Source: Puccinia triticina (Eukaryota). From it: a DNA stretch of 64,000 nt. The translations under genes were made by a program, and so were the position numbers. Positions within the stretch are counted from its first letter, which is position 1; each line of letters starts with the position of its first letter. Shown here piece by piece: positions 63,101-64,000 of this stretch. Below the pieces are notes generated by a model, which worked only from the letters and a program-made list of their open reading frames with translations, had not been told where the DNA came from and ran no database searches. Location: positions 2,170,001-2,234,000 of the forward strand of contig CP110440.1 in NCBI GenBank assembly GCA_026914245.1. The letters run 5' to 3'.

Positions 63101-64000
63101 TGGGAGTTCTTCCATGATATTGGTACCAAAATGATCACACGCCCTCAAACATTCATTGAGGCCCTTGGGTGACCACAAAACCCCCGAATGCAGCAGCCAC
63201 AATGTGATCAGTTGCCAAATATCACTAATTTGGTGTTTCTGCCACTATATCAGCGCAGCATGGGAGTTATTCCATTATATTGGTACCAAAATCATTGAAC
63301 ACCCTCAAACATTCATTGAGTACCTTGGATGACCACAAAACCCCCAAATTTAGCAGTGCCACTAGATCTCAACACAGCCTGGGAATTCTTCCACGATATT
63401 GCGATCCAAATGATTAATAGCCCCCAAGGATTCATTGTGTACCTTAAATGACCACGAAACCCCCTAATGTAGCCCCTATAATCTGATCAGTTGCCAAATA
63501 TCACTGATTTGGTAGTTTCTTGGTGTTTCTGCCACTATATCTCAACACAGCCTGGGAGTTCTTCCATGATATTGGTATCATAATGATCAATAGCCACCAA
63601 TGATTTATTGTGTACCTTGAATGACCACAATACCCCCAAATGTAGCAGCCAAAATGATCACATGCCCCCAAAAATTCATTGTGTACCTTGAATGACCACA
63701 AAAACCCCAAATGTAGCAACTACAAAGTGATCAGTTGCCAAATATCACTAATTTGGTAGTTTCTTGGTGTTTCTGCCACTTCATCTCAGCGCAGCGTGGG
63801 AGTCCTTTCATTATATTGGTGCCAAAATGATCAAAAGCCCTCAAAGATTCATTGTGTACCTTGAATGACCACAAAACCCCCAAATGTAGCAGCCACAATG
63901 TGATCGGTTGCCAAATATCACTAATTTGGTGTTTTCTTGGTGTTTTTGCCACCATATCTCGGCGCAGCATGGGAGTTCTTCCATGATATTGGTACCAAAA
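60134..64000 (+). mobile_element. Second CACTACCAAGA-headed cassette with 173-bp array (60783-64000, about 18 units, runs off the window)
   Basis: Head is highly similar to 4837-5500. 173-bp spacing at 61141, 61314, 61487. Confidence 0.9.

Noticed and set aside
60783..64000. Regular arrays as CRISPR
   Set aside because: No unique spacers and no cas genes; eukaryotic context.

Overview
Eukaryotic, intron-containing, transposon-saturated DNA. The element repertoire points to a rust fungus (Pucciniales-like), which is an inference. Contents: (1) three tyrosine-recombinase (DIRS-like) retrotransposons; (2) a Ty1/copia element with TG..TA LTRs; (3) a chromodomain Ty3/gypsy element nested in one YR element and itself interrupted by a 637-bp TRIM; (4) a gag-only LTR element, a solo LTR and a decayed CxC1-KDZ transposase; (5) several non-autonomous CAC-ended DNA elements (CACTA/CACTG/CACCAGG, 3-bp TSDs where both ends are seen) carrying palindromic or tandem arrays with 21, 33, ~40 and 173 bp units; (6) two Helitron-like 3' ends; (7) one apparently intact host gene, a secreted HAD/trehalose-6-phosphate-phosphatase-like protein, and a truncated WD40 gene. 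Most striking are three tRNA- or priming-related observations. The TRIM carries a tRNA-like Pol III module inside each LTR and has a Ty5-type half-tRNAiMet primer site. The copia primer site matches the anticodon arm of spliced tRNA-Tyr in the same register. The gypsy element appears self-primed (Tf1-like). All coordinates were read by eye and no database searches were run.
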